DNA of 64,000 nt. Origin: Bdellovibrionales bacterium RIFOXYD1_FULL_55_31 (GTDB lineage: Bacteria; Bdellovibrionota; UBA1018). Under the pieces are notes generated by a model. That model did not search any database. It was not told the DNA's origin and was given only the letters and a program-made list of their open reading frames with translations. The position numbers and the translations under genes were made by a program. The stretch spans positions 1,521 through 65,520 of the forward strand of contig MEQK01000086.1 in assembly GCA_001770175.1 (NCBI GenBank), given 5' to 3'. Of this stretch, positions 8,661 through 18,564 are shown piece by piece; the stretch's first letter is position 1, and each line of letters starts with the position of its first letter.

Positions 8661-9962
8661 ATGCAGAGAAAACGGATTCTTATTCTGTGTGGCGGTGTTG
8701 CCTTAACAGTTTTGTCCCTGTTGCCGAACGCGTTCGGTGGTGGGCTTGAAAAGGTCGTGAGCTGGTCAGGCCGTTACGCGGGGGTCGCCAATGCGGCAGT
8801 CGGGAATGTCGCAGGTGCGGAATCCTTATACTTCAACCCGGCCGGATTAGCGGCTGGGCAGAATGCCGATATTTCTCTGAACTTTTCACCGACTTTCGCC
8901 AGGTACTCGGGACCGGTGACTGCGGCAGGTACACAACTCGACTCTTCCCGAAAGTTCACCCCGCCTTTTGCCGTTCTTGCGAGGCACAAGGTTACGGACC
9001 AGCTGGGCGTCGGGATCGGAGCCTTCGCCAGCGGTGGTACGAAGGCGATTTACGAAGGAGTGGATTTCGGCTTCTCTGCGTTGAAGCCCACCGTAAAGGC
9101 GGATCTCAACATTATCGAGCTCTCGGCAGGCGCCGGCTATGAAATTTTGCCCCAGCTTCGTTTCGGAGTCGCTTGGCGAGCTGTCATGGTCCAGGCCACA
9201 CTGGGTTCTGCTCTGGTTCTGCCGAACGGAGGAGGCCTTCTCACGACTGTCGATATTCATGATCTGTCGGCCACTCGTTACAATGGCTTTCGAGTGGGCG
9301 CGCAATACGGAGCCGAAGACAATAGCTGGGGCTTGGGCGTGAACTGGCGCACCGAGGTTGGTTTTACGGCGAAGGGAACGAGCACGGGAAGTTCACAGCT
9401 GACTGGATCCACGGCCGCCCTGGCTTCGACTGGAGGCGATGTGACGGTTTCGAATGCGTTTCCGACCCAGATCGCTTTCGGCGGCTTTTATGACGTGAAT
9501 AAAGGTCTAAAGCTTTTCGGTGAATATGATTGGAGCCGTTATAACGTCAACCAGGCGCTCAGAATCAACGGCAACGTGATCCTTAACCCAGCCCTCGGCG
9601 GGTCGACTCTTGGGATACCTTCCATTCCCCAGAATTGGCAGAACATGCACAACTTAAAGTTTGGCCTTGAATGTACGCACGTTGAAACCTGGGCTTTCAG
9701 AGCCGGTTATGCGTTTACTTCTCCGGTAACGCCGAAGTCCTCGGCTCGCGCCACTTTCGTCGCTCCCGCCGTGGGGCATACTTTCACCTTGGGGGCAGGA
9801 AAGCTCATCGCGTCGAACTGGAATATCGACGGTGCTGTCGAATACAGCAGGGCGTCCGCAACGGTGACCGCGGACGATATCCTCCCGGGCGCCGCCACTC
9901 TGGCGGGCGATTACAAAGCCGATGTTTACGTCCTTCACACCGGCGTTTCTTACCGGTTTTAG
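8661..9962 (+). CDS. outer-membrane beta-barrel protein, FadL/OmpP1-like
   Basis: Start ATG at 8661 with GGGAGGA SD upstream. Signal peptide (ILILCGGVALTVLSLLPNAFG). Alternating amphipathic pattern throughout. C-terminal ...HTGVSYRF ending in Phe typical of OMP barrels. N-terminal region (VSWSGRYAGVANAA) resembles FadL family N-terminus. Confidence 0.5.
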   Translation: MQRKRILILCGGVALTVLSLLPNAFGGGLEKVVSWSGRYAGVANAAVGNVAGAESLYFNPAGLAAGQNADISLNFSPTFARYSGPVTAAGTQLDSSRKFTPPFAVLARHKVTDQLGVGIGAFASGGTKAIYEGVDFGFSALKPTVKADLNIIELSAGAGYEILPQLRFGVAWRAVMVQATLGSALVLPNGGGLLTTVDIHDLSATRYNGFRVGAQYGAEDNSWGLGVNWRTEVGFTAKGTSTGSSQLTGSTAALASTGGDVTVSNAFPTQIAFGGFYDVNKGLKLFGEYDWSRYNVNQALRINGNVILNPALGGSTLGIPSIPQNWQNMHNLKFGLECTHVETWAFRAGYAFTSPVTPKSSARATFVAPAVGHTFTLGAGKLIASNWNIDGAVEYSRASATVTADDILPGAATLAGDYKADVYVLHTGVSYRF

Positions 9963-9976
9963 CCGTGCGGAACTTG

Positions 9977-10022
9977 GCCGAGTCGCCGAATCAACGGTTG
10001 GCGACTCGGCATCTTTCCTTCG
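9977..10022 (+). terminator. rho-independent terminator-like hairpin downstream of OMP gene
   Basis: Perfect 11-bp inverted repeat GCCGAGTCGCC...GGCGACTCGGC (9977-9987 / 10000-10010) followed by ATCTTTCCTTC. Confidence 0.5.
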
Positions 10023-10123
10023 AAAGTGGCTGCTGAAGCGCTTAACCGTGATTTAACTTTTAAACTTCTTTGGCAAGAACTGTTCGGATATTGTCAAAAT
10101 CGGTGTATTGTCGGGCCATCGAA

Positions 10124-11758
10124 ATGAAACGATTTACTGATTCGATGTCACCCCTGACGACTTTTTTCGGGTTTATCGCGGTCTTGTGCCCCGTCTTGGT
10201 CGTCTTTCATCCGAGCCTTTCGGAGCTGGCCGTAGTTTACGCACTCGACTTCGTTGCGCTTTATATCGCTCATCTGATCGATCGTCGCACATTCCTGAAA
10301 CTCCACCCGGACACAGCTTTGTTTTTTCCTGAACCCGATCACGAGAAATTCAAAGCTCTCTCCCTCGACGGCAAGATCGCCCTTCTCAATTCGCTCATTC
10401 GGTTTCCCCAACGCAGAGCGCTTTATTTCTTCCTCGTCAGTTTTTTGAAAGTGACCCCCGTGATGTTGGTGATCACTTTCGCGTGGGAACCCGAGGTTTC
10501 GAGACTTGACCAAGCCCTGAAGATACTCACGATTGAACTCATCGTGAACGCGTACATTTACGGGTCCGTATTCATCGAATTTCATCGATTTGTGTCGACC
10601 CAAATCGCTGAATTTCATGAAAAGTATGACTGGAGCGACGCTTTCTCGAAAATCGACTACCCTGATCCGAAGCGGGAATTCGCGCTTCAGGAAAGCATTT
10701 CGCTGCTTTGTGTAATGGTATTCATGCTGGCTTTGCAGTGGCTCGTCGTGTGGAACGATCCGATCAGTGATTCACGCAAGGAAGCGGTCGAAGTGATTCT
10801 GGTCGGGGCTTCCGGCTTTCTCCTGTTCGCACGGATCTGGTACCTCGGCCGACACTATTTCACGGGCGGTCTTCAGGAACTTTTCAAAAGATTCGAATCT
10901 TTTGACTACGAAAGACGGGATATGAGCATCCCGCTGCATTCGTCGGCACTTCTGGCGCGTTTCGAAAGGACCTTCAATACGCTCACGGAACGGCTTCGCG
11001 CGAATGAACGCCAACTTTCGGAATGGTTGGTTCGAGAAGCCGAGCAGCACCGGTTCCGGGCGCTTGGCGAGGTTTCAGGGCTGATCGCGCATGATCTTGC
11101 CGGCCCTTTGCACGCGATTCAGTTTTGCGCGCAGGAACTCCAGGAAAATCCCGAACGCCTGAATAGCAGAAAATACCTCGAGCAGCTCACGCTTAACACG
11201 GACCGCTGCGTTGAACTTATCAAATCGCTCCGGGCGTATCTCAAGGAACCCGAGGTTCGGAAGTCTTCGGTGCTTTTCGGGGAGACGCACGATTACGTAT
11301 TGCGGCTCTTGAGGACCCAATTTCAGAACCAGGGGTTCGAGAAGATCCGCTTCATTCTGGAACCGGCTTTAGTGGAGGTCAGGTTTGCCGTCGCGCATGT
11401 TGACATGGTTCACATTCTCTACAATCTATATAAGAACAGCATCGAAAATTTCATCGCGCATGGAAACGGCGATCCCGAGATTCAAATTGGCGTCCTGGCG
11501 GACGCCGCTGAAACGTTGCAGCTGTTCATCAAAGATAACGGTTCCGGTTTGGGAGTCGCCGAATTCGAAGACCTGACGGCTTTTCAATTCTCCCGGCCTG
11601 CGCCGATGAAAAAATCAGAAAGTGTCGGGTTGCGGCTGACCCGCCGTTTGATTGAGCGAGGGGACGGGACTCTCAGTGTTGTTCCCGGTCCAGGCTTCGG
11701 GACGATGTTCAGCCTAACGCTTCGGAAAAAAGTAAATTTCACAAAGGCGGCTCTATGA
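10124..11758 (+). CDS. sensor histidine kinase with multi-TM N-terminal domain
   Basis: Several N-terminal hydrophobic helices. H-box GLIAHDLAGPLHAI. HATPase boxes (YNLYKNSIEN; IKDNGSGLG; GLRLT). Start uncertain (10070 or 10124). Confidence 0.8.
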   Translation: MKRFTDSMSPLTTFFGFIAVLCPVLVVFHPSLSELAVVYALDFVALYIAHLIDRRTFLKLHPDTALFFPEPDHEKFKALSLDGKIALLNSLIRFPQRRALYFFLVSFLKVTPVMLVITFAWEPEVSRLDQALKILTIELIVNAYIYGSVFIEFHRFVSTQIAEFHEKYDWSDAFSKIDYPDPKREFALQESISLLCVMVFMLALQWLVVWNDPISDSRKEAVEVILVGASGFLLFARIWYLGRHYFTGGLQELFKRFESFDYERRDMSIPLHSSALLARFERTFNTLTERLRANERQLSEWLVREAEQHRFRALGEVSGLIAHDLAGPLHAIQFCAQELQENPERLNSRKYLEQLTLNTDRCVELIKSLRAYLKEPEVRKSSVLFGETHDYVLRLLRTQFQNQGFEKIRFILEPALVEVRFAVAHVDMVHILYNLYKNSIENFIAHGNGDPEIQIGVLADAAETLQLFIKDNGSGLGVAEFEDLTAFQFSRPAPMKKSESVGLRLTRRLIERGDGTLSVVPGPGFGTMFSLTLRKKVNFTKAAL

Positions 11759-12438
11759 TCGCTGAAAAAAGAATTTGGATTTTGGAAGATGATCCCGGCG
11801 TGAAATTCGTTTACGACGAGATCCTCGGCATCCGTTACAAGCTTTTATATTTTACGGCGCTTGCGGAGTTCCGGAATGCCCTTCTCGAGAGCCCTGCGGC
11901 GGATAGACCGGAATTGGTGATCGCCGACATTACCTTGCCGGATGGCTGTTTTCTGCATTTCCTTTCTTCCGAGGAGGTAACGAGGCTCTTTGAGACTCCC
12001 TTTATCATCATTTCGTCGATGGATGACGTGGATGCGTTGCGGTTCTGTTTCGAAGAAGGCGCATTGGATTATATTATCAAGCCGTTTCAGAAATCAGAGC
12101 TGATCGTGAAAGTCGAACGTGCCTTGAAGCGGAATGCGGCCGAGCCGCCGATCGTCGAGGACCCCTGGGGCGATCGGATCCTTGAAAAACTTCCCGCGAC
12201 TTACGGGAAAGTGCCGCATCTCACGCTAAAAGAGCATGAGATTCTCTCCCTCTTTTTGGAGGCAAAAGATTACACTCTGTCCCGGCACGAGATCGTTAAG
12301 CGCGTCTGGGGTAATGTCAAAGTTTATCCCAAAACCCTGGACGTTCATCTTTATAATCTGCGGCGAAAGATCCACGAGACCGGAATGAAGATCAAGGCCA
12401 ACGGCCTGGGCCGTTGGACTCTGATTAAGAAGGCCTGA
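11755..12438 (+). CDS. OmpR/PhoB-family response regulator (REC + winged-helix)
   Basis: ATGA overlap with upstream kinase. REC features (ILEDD, VIADITLPDG, IIISSMDD, IIKPF). C-terminal trans_reg_C-like segment (TLKEHEILSLFLEAKDYTLSRHEIVKRVWG...LDVHLYNLRRKI). Confidence 0.8.
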   Translation: MIAEKRIWILEDDPGVKFVYDEILGIRYKLLYFTALAEFRNALLESPAADRPELVIADITLPDGCFLHFLSSEEVTRLFETPFIIISSMDDVDALRFCFEEGALDYIIKPFQKSELIVKVERALKRNAAEPPIVEDPWGDRILEKLPATYGKVPHLTLKEHEILSLFLEAKDYTLSRHEIVKRVWGNVKVYPKTLDVHLYNLRRKIHETGMKIKANGLGRWTLIKKA

Positions 12439-12459
12439 GCAATTGCCCTAAATGGTCGC

Positions 12460-13497
12460 TTAGGCGATGGGATGAATGAATAGCTCCGGCGAAAGCTGCG
12501 GAATCAGCTCTTGATAGCCGTGCCCGAAAATCAAGGGCAGGCGATCCGGTGCTATGGCTTTTGCCACCGCGAGCTTTCCAACGAGATTTTCTGGAGTGAT
12601 GTCGACAAAAAGAAATTCCTCTTTGTGCTTTGGCGCGGTCTCAAGCGGCGCCTTCCCCCGGTGCGCGCCGTCCAGCCAACAGCGGACCTTGGCCGCGCCT
12701 TCTTGGCCAAGAAAAACTTCCTGGTGGTAATTCGGGGTGGGCGAAAACGGAGGCGCTTCTGTCATTTGCTGGTCCCATAAAAAACCAAGCCGCTGCAGGC
12801 ACTCATTTTGCGCATGGCTGACAGCATCGGCAAGATTGGATCCCGAGCCGAATCCGAACACGAACAGGCGGTCCTTGTTTTTCGGGAAACAGAAAATTCC
12901 GACTACCTGAGCGGAATCAGGGGAGGACCTTGAGTCTTCAAAAAGGTAGGTTTCTGGCGAGTAATGCTGAGTCAGGTGATCGCGAATCTCCCAACCGGCA
13001 TGAATTGAATCGGGTAGCCTTTGCGGGATCGGTCCGCCGAACCAGGAGCGCAGTAGCCGGTCACGTTCGATGAGTTCGAGGGATGCGCGGTCACATGCTC
13101 CCGAAAAGTCGGAAAAAGTCGCCACACCATTGGATTTCGAGTAGCGGGACTTTTCGGGGGTTGTGTCCTCCGGAAAAACGGATTCAGCAATGACTTCGCG
13201 GAGCATCGCCCCGGCCGCCGTGCGAATGTGCAGCCGGTGCTTGTCGCGTTTCATTTTGGTGAGGATCTCAAGAACACTGACACGCTCGACCAGTTCGAAG
13301 AACGCCCGATCGACGGGAGGTGTGTTGATTTGGGCCGCGCTCGCGGTAACGATCCGGCCATCCTGGTGTCGAATGCTCAAGCCGACGAGATGGACGGGGC
13401 TACCGAGTTCGGAAAGGACTTCGTGAAAACTTTCCGGAACAGACCATTCGGGGGGGAGCGGGTAGTTGTTCAGGTATTCGTTGAGAAGTATTTTCAT
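12460..13497 (-). CDS. YcaO-domain protein (small, 345 aa)
   Basis: Two YcaO hallmark blocks: TASAAQINTPPVDRAFFELVERVSVLE and SNGVATFSDFSGACDRASLELIERDRLLRSWFG (the SA..E..ER and ElIERD ATP/Mg-binding motifs). Confidence 0.65.
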   Translation of the reverse strand: MKILLNEYLNNYPLPPEWSVPESFHEVLSELGSPVHLVGLSIRHQDGRIVTASAAQINTPPVDRAFFELVERVSVLEILTKMKRDKHRLHIRTAAGAMLREVIAESVFPEDTTPEKSRYSKSNGVATFSDFSGACDRASLELIERDRLLRSWFGGPIPQRLPDSIHAGWEIRDHLTQHYSPETYLFEDSRSSPDSAQVVGIFCFPKNKDRLFVFGFGSGSNLADAVSHAQNECLQRLGFLWDQQMTEAPPFSPTPNYHQEVFLGQEGAAKVRCWLDGAHRGKAPLETAPKHKEEFLFVDITPENLVGKLAVAKAIAPDRLPLIFGHGYQELIPQLSPELFIHPIA

Positions 13498-13533
13498 GTG
13501 AGGAATCTCGGAATCGGGGTGGCCGCGGGGGGC

Positions 13534-13575
13534 TAAAAAGAACCCCCCTTTCAGTGAAGAAAGGGGGGGTAAATC
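13534..13575 (-). terminator. rho-independent terminator between GNAT-like gene and YcaO gene (minus strand)
   Basis: CCCCCCTTT-CAGTGAAG-AAAGGGGGG hairpin (13545-13572). On the minus strand it is followed by a UUCUUUUUAGC tract (complement of 13534-13544). Confidence 0.55.
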
Positions 13576-13643
13576 TCACTCAATTAGAAGCAAATAAGTG
13601 CGAATTGCTTTTTCATAACATGACTCCTTTCATGTGGATTTCC

Positions 13644-14384
13644 CTATGATGTCCCCGATGGAGACCGTAAGGATCTTTTGAGCTGGTGCTGCATGCCCAG
13701 GCAAAATTGATTGAGGAAGGCTGTTTCGTGTTTTCGGCTGAAGTACTTGGTGAAGCGGGCCGTCGCGCCCCATCGTTCGGAGTTGGTCATGCCGGTGATG
13801 TTAAATCCGAGCTTGTTCAGGATATGGACCTGCCTCAGGTTTGATAGTGCGATATCAGCTTCAGCCCGTTCGACGTTGTTGTCGGCCAAAATCGAAAGAA
13901 GATGACCGAAGAAGGGCTGGAAAATATTCCGGTTCTGGTATTCGGGAAGAATCGAGACATTGCGAAGGTAGTAGGTGCTCCAGTCGAGTGGATTGCCGAC
14001 AAGAACGCCGATCGTTTTCTCTCCGTCTTTGAAGGCAAAGAAATCGGCGGCCTCGCGATAAAACCGGTTCTTTGCCTCGCTTGCCTCAAAGCACAGAAAA
14101 GGCGTGGTGTTCAGGTCTTCTTCATAGATACTGCCGAAGTTGGGAGCAAGGAAGTGCGCGACCGTTTCAAAGGAGCTGAGTTGAACCGTCAGATGAGGGG
14201 TTGCGGCTGAGGTCTCGCCCGGAATCTCGAAAGGGAAGTAGGTACTCCAATTCAAGTTCCAGATTCGAGTTGAAAGCCAGCCCTGCCAGGTGGAGTCTTG
14301 ATCCCAAGCGGCGTGTCTGTCGCTTTCAGCGGTTTCGGTCGGCCTTCCAAAATGGAAGGGCCGCCCCAATCCTCTCTCTTGCAT
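13644..14384 (-). CDS. GNAT-fold acyltransferase-like protein
   Basis: 246 aa; VSILPEYQNRNIFQPFFGHLL resembles GNAT motif A (V.PeyQg.Gig..L), preceded by beta-rich region. Assignment from motif resemblance only. Confidence 0.45.
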   Translation of the reverse strand: MQERGLGRPFHFGRPTETAESDRHAAWDQDSTWQGWLSTRIWNLNWSTYFPFEIPGETSAATPHLTVQLSSFETVAHFLAPNFGSIYEEDLNTTPFLCFEASEAKNRFYREAADFFAFKDGEKTIGVLVGNPLDWSTYYLRNVSILPEYQNRNIFQPFFGHLLSILADNNVERAEADIALSNLRQVHILNKLGFNITGMTNSERWGATARFTKYFSRKHETAFLNQFCLGMQHQLKRSLRSPSGTS

Positions 14385-14855
14385 TTCCCCTCCATGGGCG
14401 TTCCAGAAAACGTACTCTGATTCTGATCAAGGTGGCCGGCAGCGTCGACTTAAGTTATTTTAATCCGCTCGCCCGAGCGGTTAAGGAATGTTAAACGATC
14501 CCGCAGGGTTCCGGTCAGGGGGAAATTCTAAAAAGTTTTCTTGAGTAGTGCTCCCGGAAGAGTGGGGGATCTGTTTGGCGCGGCGCTCCGAAAGTGGTGG
14601 TCGCTCCGGTAGCTCGGCGGAAAGTTCGTACGAGCTAAACTAAAGTAGTGTCGAAGACCTTTCGTTAGCATCGGGTGGATGCGACGATCGGGTTCGTCCA
14701 TGCGCTCGACTTTGAACTGCTCGGTTTATGAGCGATAACCCTGGAATCTATTCAAAAATGTGAGTTTGAAACACGTCCTCTAACCTCCCGGTATTACTGA
14801 AAATAATTTGCGTTTGGAATGGTTCTATCATAAACTAAGTTGATAGGAGTTCGTC

Positions 14856-15125
14856 GTGACAGAAAAGGAAAAAGCTGCAGCTTCAAAAATTGCGAAGGTC
14901 ATCAAAACAGCGCGGAAGCATCGCGCGCTCACTCAGCACAATGTCGCTGAGCACTTGGGAGTTTCTCAAAGCGCGGTTTCAAAAATGGAGAATGGGTTGG
15001 TCATTCCCTCTGCCATCCAATGGTATGACTTCTGTGTTCTGACCGGCATCCGCGCAGAGAGTCTCTGTTCTGGTGAAATGGAATTTACTAATACGGGTCT
15101 TAAACGCCGCTCCGCGCGCGTCTAG
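14856..15125 (+). CDS. XRE-family helix-turn-helix protein with ~35 aa C-terminal extension
   Basis: GTG start with AGGAG 8 nt upstream. RKHRALTQHNVAEHLGVSQSAVSKMENG is a classic HTH_XRE segment. C-terminal tail contains two Cys (FCVLTG...SLCSGEMEF). Confidence 0.7.
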   Translation: MTEKEKAAASKIAKVIKTARKHRALTQHNVAEHLGVSQSAVSKMENGLVIPSAIQWYDFCVLTGIRAESLCSGEMEFTNTGLKRRSARV

Positions 15126-15182
15126 AGTTTAAGAAAAATTAAATCGCTCTGATCGCCTGAGCCTCGTAGCCTGACAGGTACG

Positions 15183-16904
15183 ATGTCACACGTTATTTTG
15201 GTTACGTACTCAGGATATATCAAAACTCCATCTTCTCTTGCGCTGGACAACGGCCTTGCGAATCTCGCGGGTGCGCTGATCCAGGCTGGTCACGAGGTCT
15301 TGATCGAGGACTACAACCGGCTGTCGATTCTCGAGAAAATGACGCCTCCGGGAATTTCTGAAATGGCGACAGAGGCGTTCAAAGCTGCAAACACGGCCAG
15401 TTCTGATTCCTTCGCGCGGATTCGTGAGCTTCAGGACAAACTCGATTCTTATCAGGAGAGAATCGTGGGCGAGATTTTCGAGGATCTCTCGCGCCTGATC
15501 GTTCAACATCGGACGTCCGTGATCGGCTTCAAATGCTGGGGAAGTGACGGGGCCGCGGCGGTGAAACGGTGGTGCGAGTTGATTCGCGGCCGATTCCCGG
15601 AGCTGAAGATTCTCCTGGGGGGCTCCTGCTGTTCGGTCGCGCCGGAGCACACCGCTCGTTATATCGGCAACTTTGATCTGATGGCGATCGGCGAGGCGGA
15701 AGAGAGCATTCTCGGAATGCTGGAACACTTTGAAGGTCGGCGTGCCCTTTCGGAAGTTTCGGGTGTGTTGTACCGCGATCCTCGGGTGCCGAAGGACGCG
15801 GAGCCACGATATATCAAGAATCCACCCGCGCTTCTCAAGGATCTCGATCAGCTGCCGTATCCGAACTACAGCCGCGAAGTTTATCCATCCGCCTGGACCG
15901 GCGAGAAGCTGAACATGGTCGTTCTCGACGAGAGCCGGGGCTGCCCCGTTCAGTGTAATTTCTGTGTTCATCCGACTTATGCCGGTTCCTGGAGAGTCAA
16001 ATCGGCTGCGCGCATCGTTGAAGAAATCAAAGCCATCCAGTCGCTCATGGGTACACGGTATTTCAGGCTAGCGGGTTCGAATACGCCTCCTTCGGTTTTG
16101 AAACAGATGGCGCGCAGGGTGCTTGATGAAGGCATTGACATGCGATTTTCCTGCTTTCTGCATGTCAACTCCGTTAAATCCGAGGACCTTCCTCCGTTGA
16201 GAGAGGCCGGACTCAGGTGCGTATTTTACGGAATAGAATCCGCTGATGATCGGCTGTTGAAGGAAGTCGCGAATAAGAAGACGAACGCGGACAGGATGTA
16301 CCGGGTTACGAAAGCCACGACGGAGCAGAGAATATTCACGACCGGAAGCTTTATCTATCCCATGCCGTTTGAAACGCCTGAGTCGCGGGAAAAGACCGTT
16401 ACGTTCATTAAAGATCTTTTTGGCGGCAACGCCTACGCGTCGGCGCAGTTTCTGAATCCCGCGCCGATGCCCGATACCGAGTGGTGGCGCGAACGTCGCA
16501 AGTACGGGTTTGAGTTCAATGATGCCGAGTACATTCTCAAGATGATTACGTCGCCCGTCAGGCATATGTTCCCGCCTGAGCTTCAGGAGCTTCTGCCTTA
16601 CCGTCTTCAGGGCAAGACGCATCGGGATCTTGCCAATGAACTCGGTGCTTTGATCGCCGAGCTCAAGAACGATAAGGTGATCTATAACATCAGCGACGAC
16701 GTTGCGATCATCGCGCACGGCTGCGGCATGCATCCAAGTCGACTCAAAGATGAGCTATTGCCTGCTTTCATGTTCGGTGATCTCCAAAAGATCCGGAAGA
16801 TGATCGAAGACTTCAACGCAAAACGCTGTCGCTCCGAGCGGCCGTTCGCTACGTTTAAAGAACCGAATCGACGATCGCCCGAGCTTCCTCTTGGATCTGC
16901 TTGA
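15183..16904 (+). CDS. B12-binding domain radical SAM protein
   Basis: 573 aa. N-terminal Rossmann-like B12-binding-type region (ILVTYSGY...[11 protein letters not shown]...[11 protein letters not shown]). Radical SAM CxxxCxxC motif CPVQCNFC at ~residue 255. No SPASM-type C-terminal Cys cluster seen. Confidence 0.8.
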   Translation: MSHVILVTYSGYIKTPSSLALDNGLANLAGALIQAGHEVLIEDYNRLSILEKMTPPGISEMATEAFKAANTASSDSFARIRELQDKLDSYQERIVGEIFEDLSRLIVQHRTSVIGFKCWGSDGAAAVKRWCELIRGRFPELKILLGGSCCSVAPEHTARYIGNFDLMAIGEAEESILGMLEHFEGRRALSEVSGVLYRDPRVPKDAEPRYIKNPPALLKDLDQLPYPNYSREVYPSAWTGEKLNMVVLDESRGCPVQCNFCVHPTYAGSWRVKSAARIVEEIKAIQSLMGTRYFRLAGSNTPPSVLKQMARRVLDEGIDMRFSCFLHVNSVKSEDLPPLREAGLRCVFYGIESADDRLLKEVANKKTNADRMYRVTKATTEQRIFTTGSFIYPMPFETPESREKTVTFIKDLFGGNAYASAQFLNPAPMPDTEWWRERRKYGFEFNDAEYILKMITSPVRHMFPPELQELLPYRLQGKTHRDLANELGALIAELKNDKVIYNISDDVAIIAHGCGMHPSRLKDELLPAFMFGDLQKIRKMIEDFNAKRCRSERPFATFKEPNRRSPELPLGSA

Positions 16905-18486
16905 GGTGGGGCTTGCCGTTGAAGCTCTCGGCGTAAATTTTGTAAACGTCTTCAGTTCCTGACGGACGAGCCGCGAACCAGCCGTTCTCGGTCACGACTT
17001 TCAGGCCGCCGATGGAAGCGTTGTTTCCCGGTGCACGAGTGAGTTTCGCGATGATCGGTTCGCCCGCCAGTTCCGAAGCTTTCACGGATTCGGGCGCGAG
17101 ATTGGCGAGCGCTGCCTTCTGCTTCGCCGTCGCCGGTGCGTCCATCCGTTCGTAAACCGGGCTTCCGAATTTCGCTTCCAGTTCACGATAGATTTCTCCC
17201 GGGTCGCGCTTCGAGCGAGCCGTGATTTCTGCGGCAAGCAGGTTCAAAATGATGCCATCCTTGTCCGTCGTCCAAACAGTTCCATCTCTTCTCAAGAAGG
17301 AAGCGCCCGCGCTTTCCTCGCCGCCAAAACCGAAGGTCCCGTCGATCAGGCCATCGACGAACCATTTGAAGCCAACCGGGACTTCACAAAGTTTCTTGCC
17401 GAGGTGGGCGGCGACGCGATCGATCATTGAGCTTGAAACCAGGGTTTTACCAATCGCGGAGGAGGGTTTCCAGCCGGGCCGATTTTGGAACAAGTACCAG
17501 ATCGCGACTGAGAGATAGTGATTCGGGTTGAGCAGGCCCGATGATTTTGTGACGATTCCGTGCCGATCGGTATCGGGGTCGTTTCCAAAGGCGATGCTGA
17601 AGCGATCTTTCAGCTGAATTAAGCCGGCCATCGCGTAAGGGGATGAACAATCCATCCGGATCTTCCCGTCTTTGTCCACGGTCATGAAAGAAAAGGTCGG
17701 GTCTACCGAGCGGTTAACGACTTCGATTTTCAGCCGATAGCGGTCGGCGATCGGGTCCCAGTAGTTGATCGCGGCGCCACCGAGCGGGTCGACGCCCAAA
17801 GTCAGCCCAGCCGAGGAGATCGCTTCGAGATCCACGATATTTGAAAGGTCCGCGACATAGGGGGCAATGAAATCATAACGGTGCGTGGTCGAACTCTGGA
17901 TGGCCTTCGAAAAGGGCGTCCGTTTGAGTCCGTTCAGACCATTCGCGAGCATTTCGTTCGCACGCTTCTCGATCGCCTGAGTCATCCGGGTGTCCGCTGG
18001 CCCTCCGTGTGGAGGATTGTATTTGATCCCTCCATCGCCGGGCGGGTTGTGCGAGGGTGTAATGATCAATCCGTCAGCCAAACGTGGAGGTTTGCTGCGG
18101 TTATAACTCAGAATCGCGTGGGAAATCACGGGAGTTGGAGTATAGCCGAGATCTGCTTGGATGTAGGTGTCGACCCCATTCGCGGCAAGCACTTCGAGAG
18201 CGCTGATCATTGCGGGCTCCGAAAGGGCGTGCGTGTCCATTCCCAGGTAAAGCGGTCCCGTTGTTCCTTGCACCGAGCGGAATTCGCAGACCGCCTGAAC
18301 AATCGCCAATAGGTGATCTTCATTGAAGCTGCTGTTGATTGAAGAACCGCGATGCCCCGATGTGCCAAATGCGACCCGTTGGTTCGGGTCCGAAGCGTCC
18401 GGCTTTTGGGAGTAGTACATGGCCACGAGTCGAGGGGTGTTGACGAGGATGTTTCTGGGTGCGGGTTTGCCTGCAAGCGGATTCAT
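16855..18486 (-). CDS. pgm: phosphoglucomutase (alpha-D-glucose phosphate-specific)
   Basis: 543 aa; GTSGHRG active-site serine loop, [14 protein letters not shown] and overall length typical of Pgm. Confidence 0.9.
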   Translation of the reverse strand: MNPLAGKPAPRNILVNTPRLVAMYYSQKPDASDPNQRVAFGTSGHRGSSINSSFNEDHLLAIVQAVCEFRSVQGTTGPLYLGMDTHALSEPAMISALEVLAANGVDTYIQADLGYTPTPVISHAILSYNRSKPPRLADGLIITPSHNPPGDGGIKYNPPHGGPADTRMTQAIEKRANEMLANGLNGLKRTPFSKAIQSSTTHRYDFIAPYVADLSNIVDLEAISSAGLTLGVDPLGGAAINYWDPIADRYRLKIEVVNRSVDPTFSFMTVDKDGKIRMDCSSPYAMAGLIQLKDRFSIAFGNDPDTDRHGIVTKSSGLLNPNHYLSVAIWYLFQNRPGWKPSSAIGKTLVSSSMIDRVAAHLGKKLCEVPVGFKWFVDGLIDGTFGFGGEESAGASFLRRDGTVWTTDKDGIILNLLAAEITARSKRDPGEIYRELEAKFGSPVYERMDAPATAKQKAALANLAPESVKASELAGEPIIAKLTRAPGNNASIGGLKVVTENGWFAARPSGTEDVYKIYAESFNGKPHLKQIQEEARAIVDSVL

Positions 18487-18564
18487 TACATTCTCCTTTT
18501 TTGCGAATTGGTATTCGCGAATTTAGCAAAATATGGGATCAAAAGCTATGTTTGGGGGTGGGTG

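Noticed and set aside
14201-14494. 97-aa plus-strand ORF overlapping the 5' end of the GNAT-like gene
   Set aside because: Arg/Ser-rich, overlaps the better-supported minus-strand gene and lacks SD or motifs.
14385-14855. Possible cobalamin riboswitch upstream of the B12-binding radical SAM gene
   Set aside because: No B12-box (GCCACTG) or the conserved GGUG...GAAA core could be found by eye on either strand; left as unexplained non-coding region instead.
15210-16733. Minus-strand ORFs 15210..15971 (253 aa) and 16068..16733 (221 aa) inside the radical SAM gene
   Set aside because: Antisense shadows; the plus frame contains the CxxxCxxC motif and B12-binding region.
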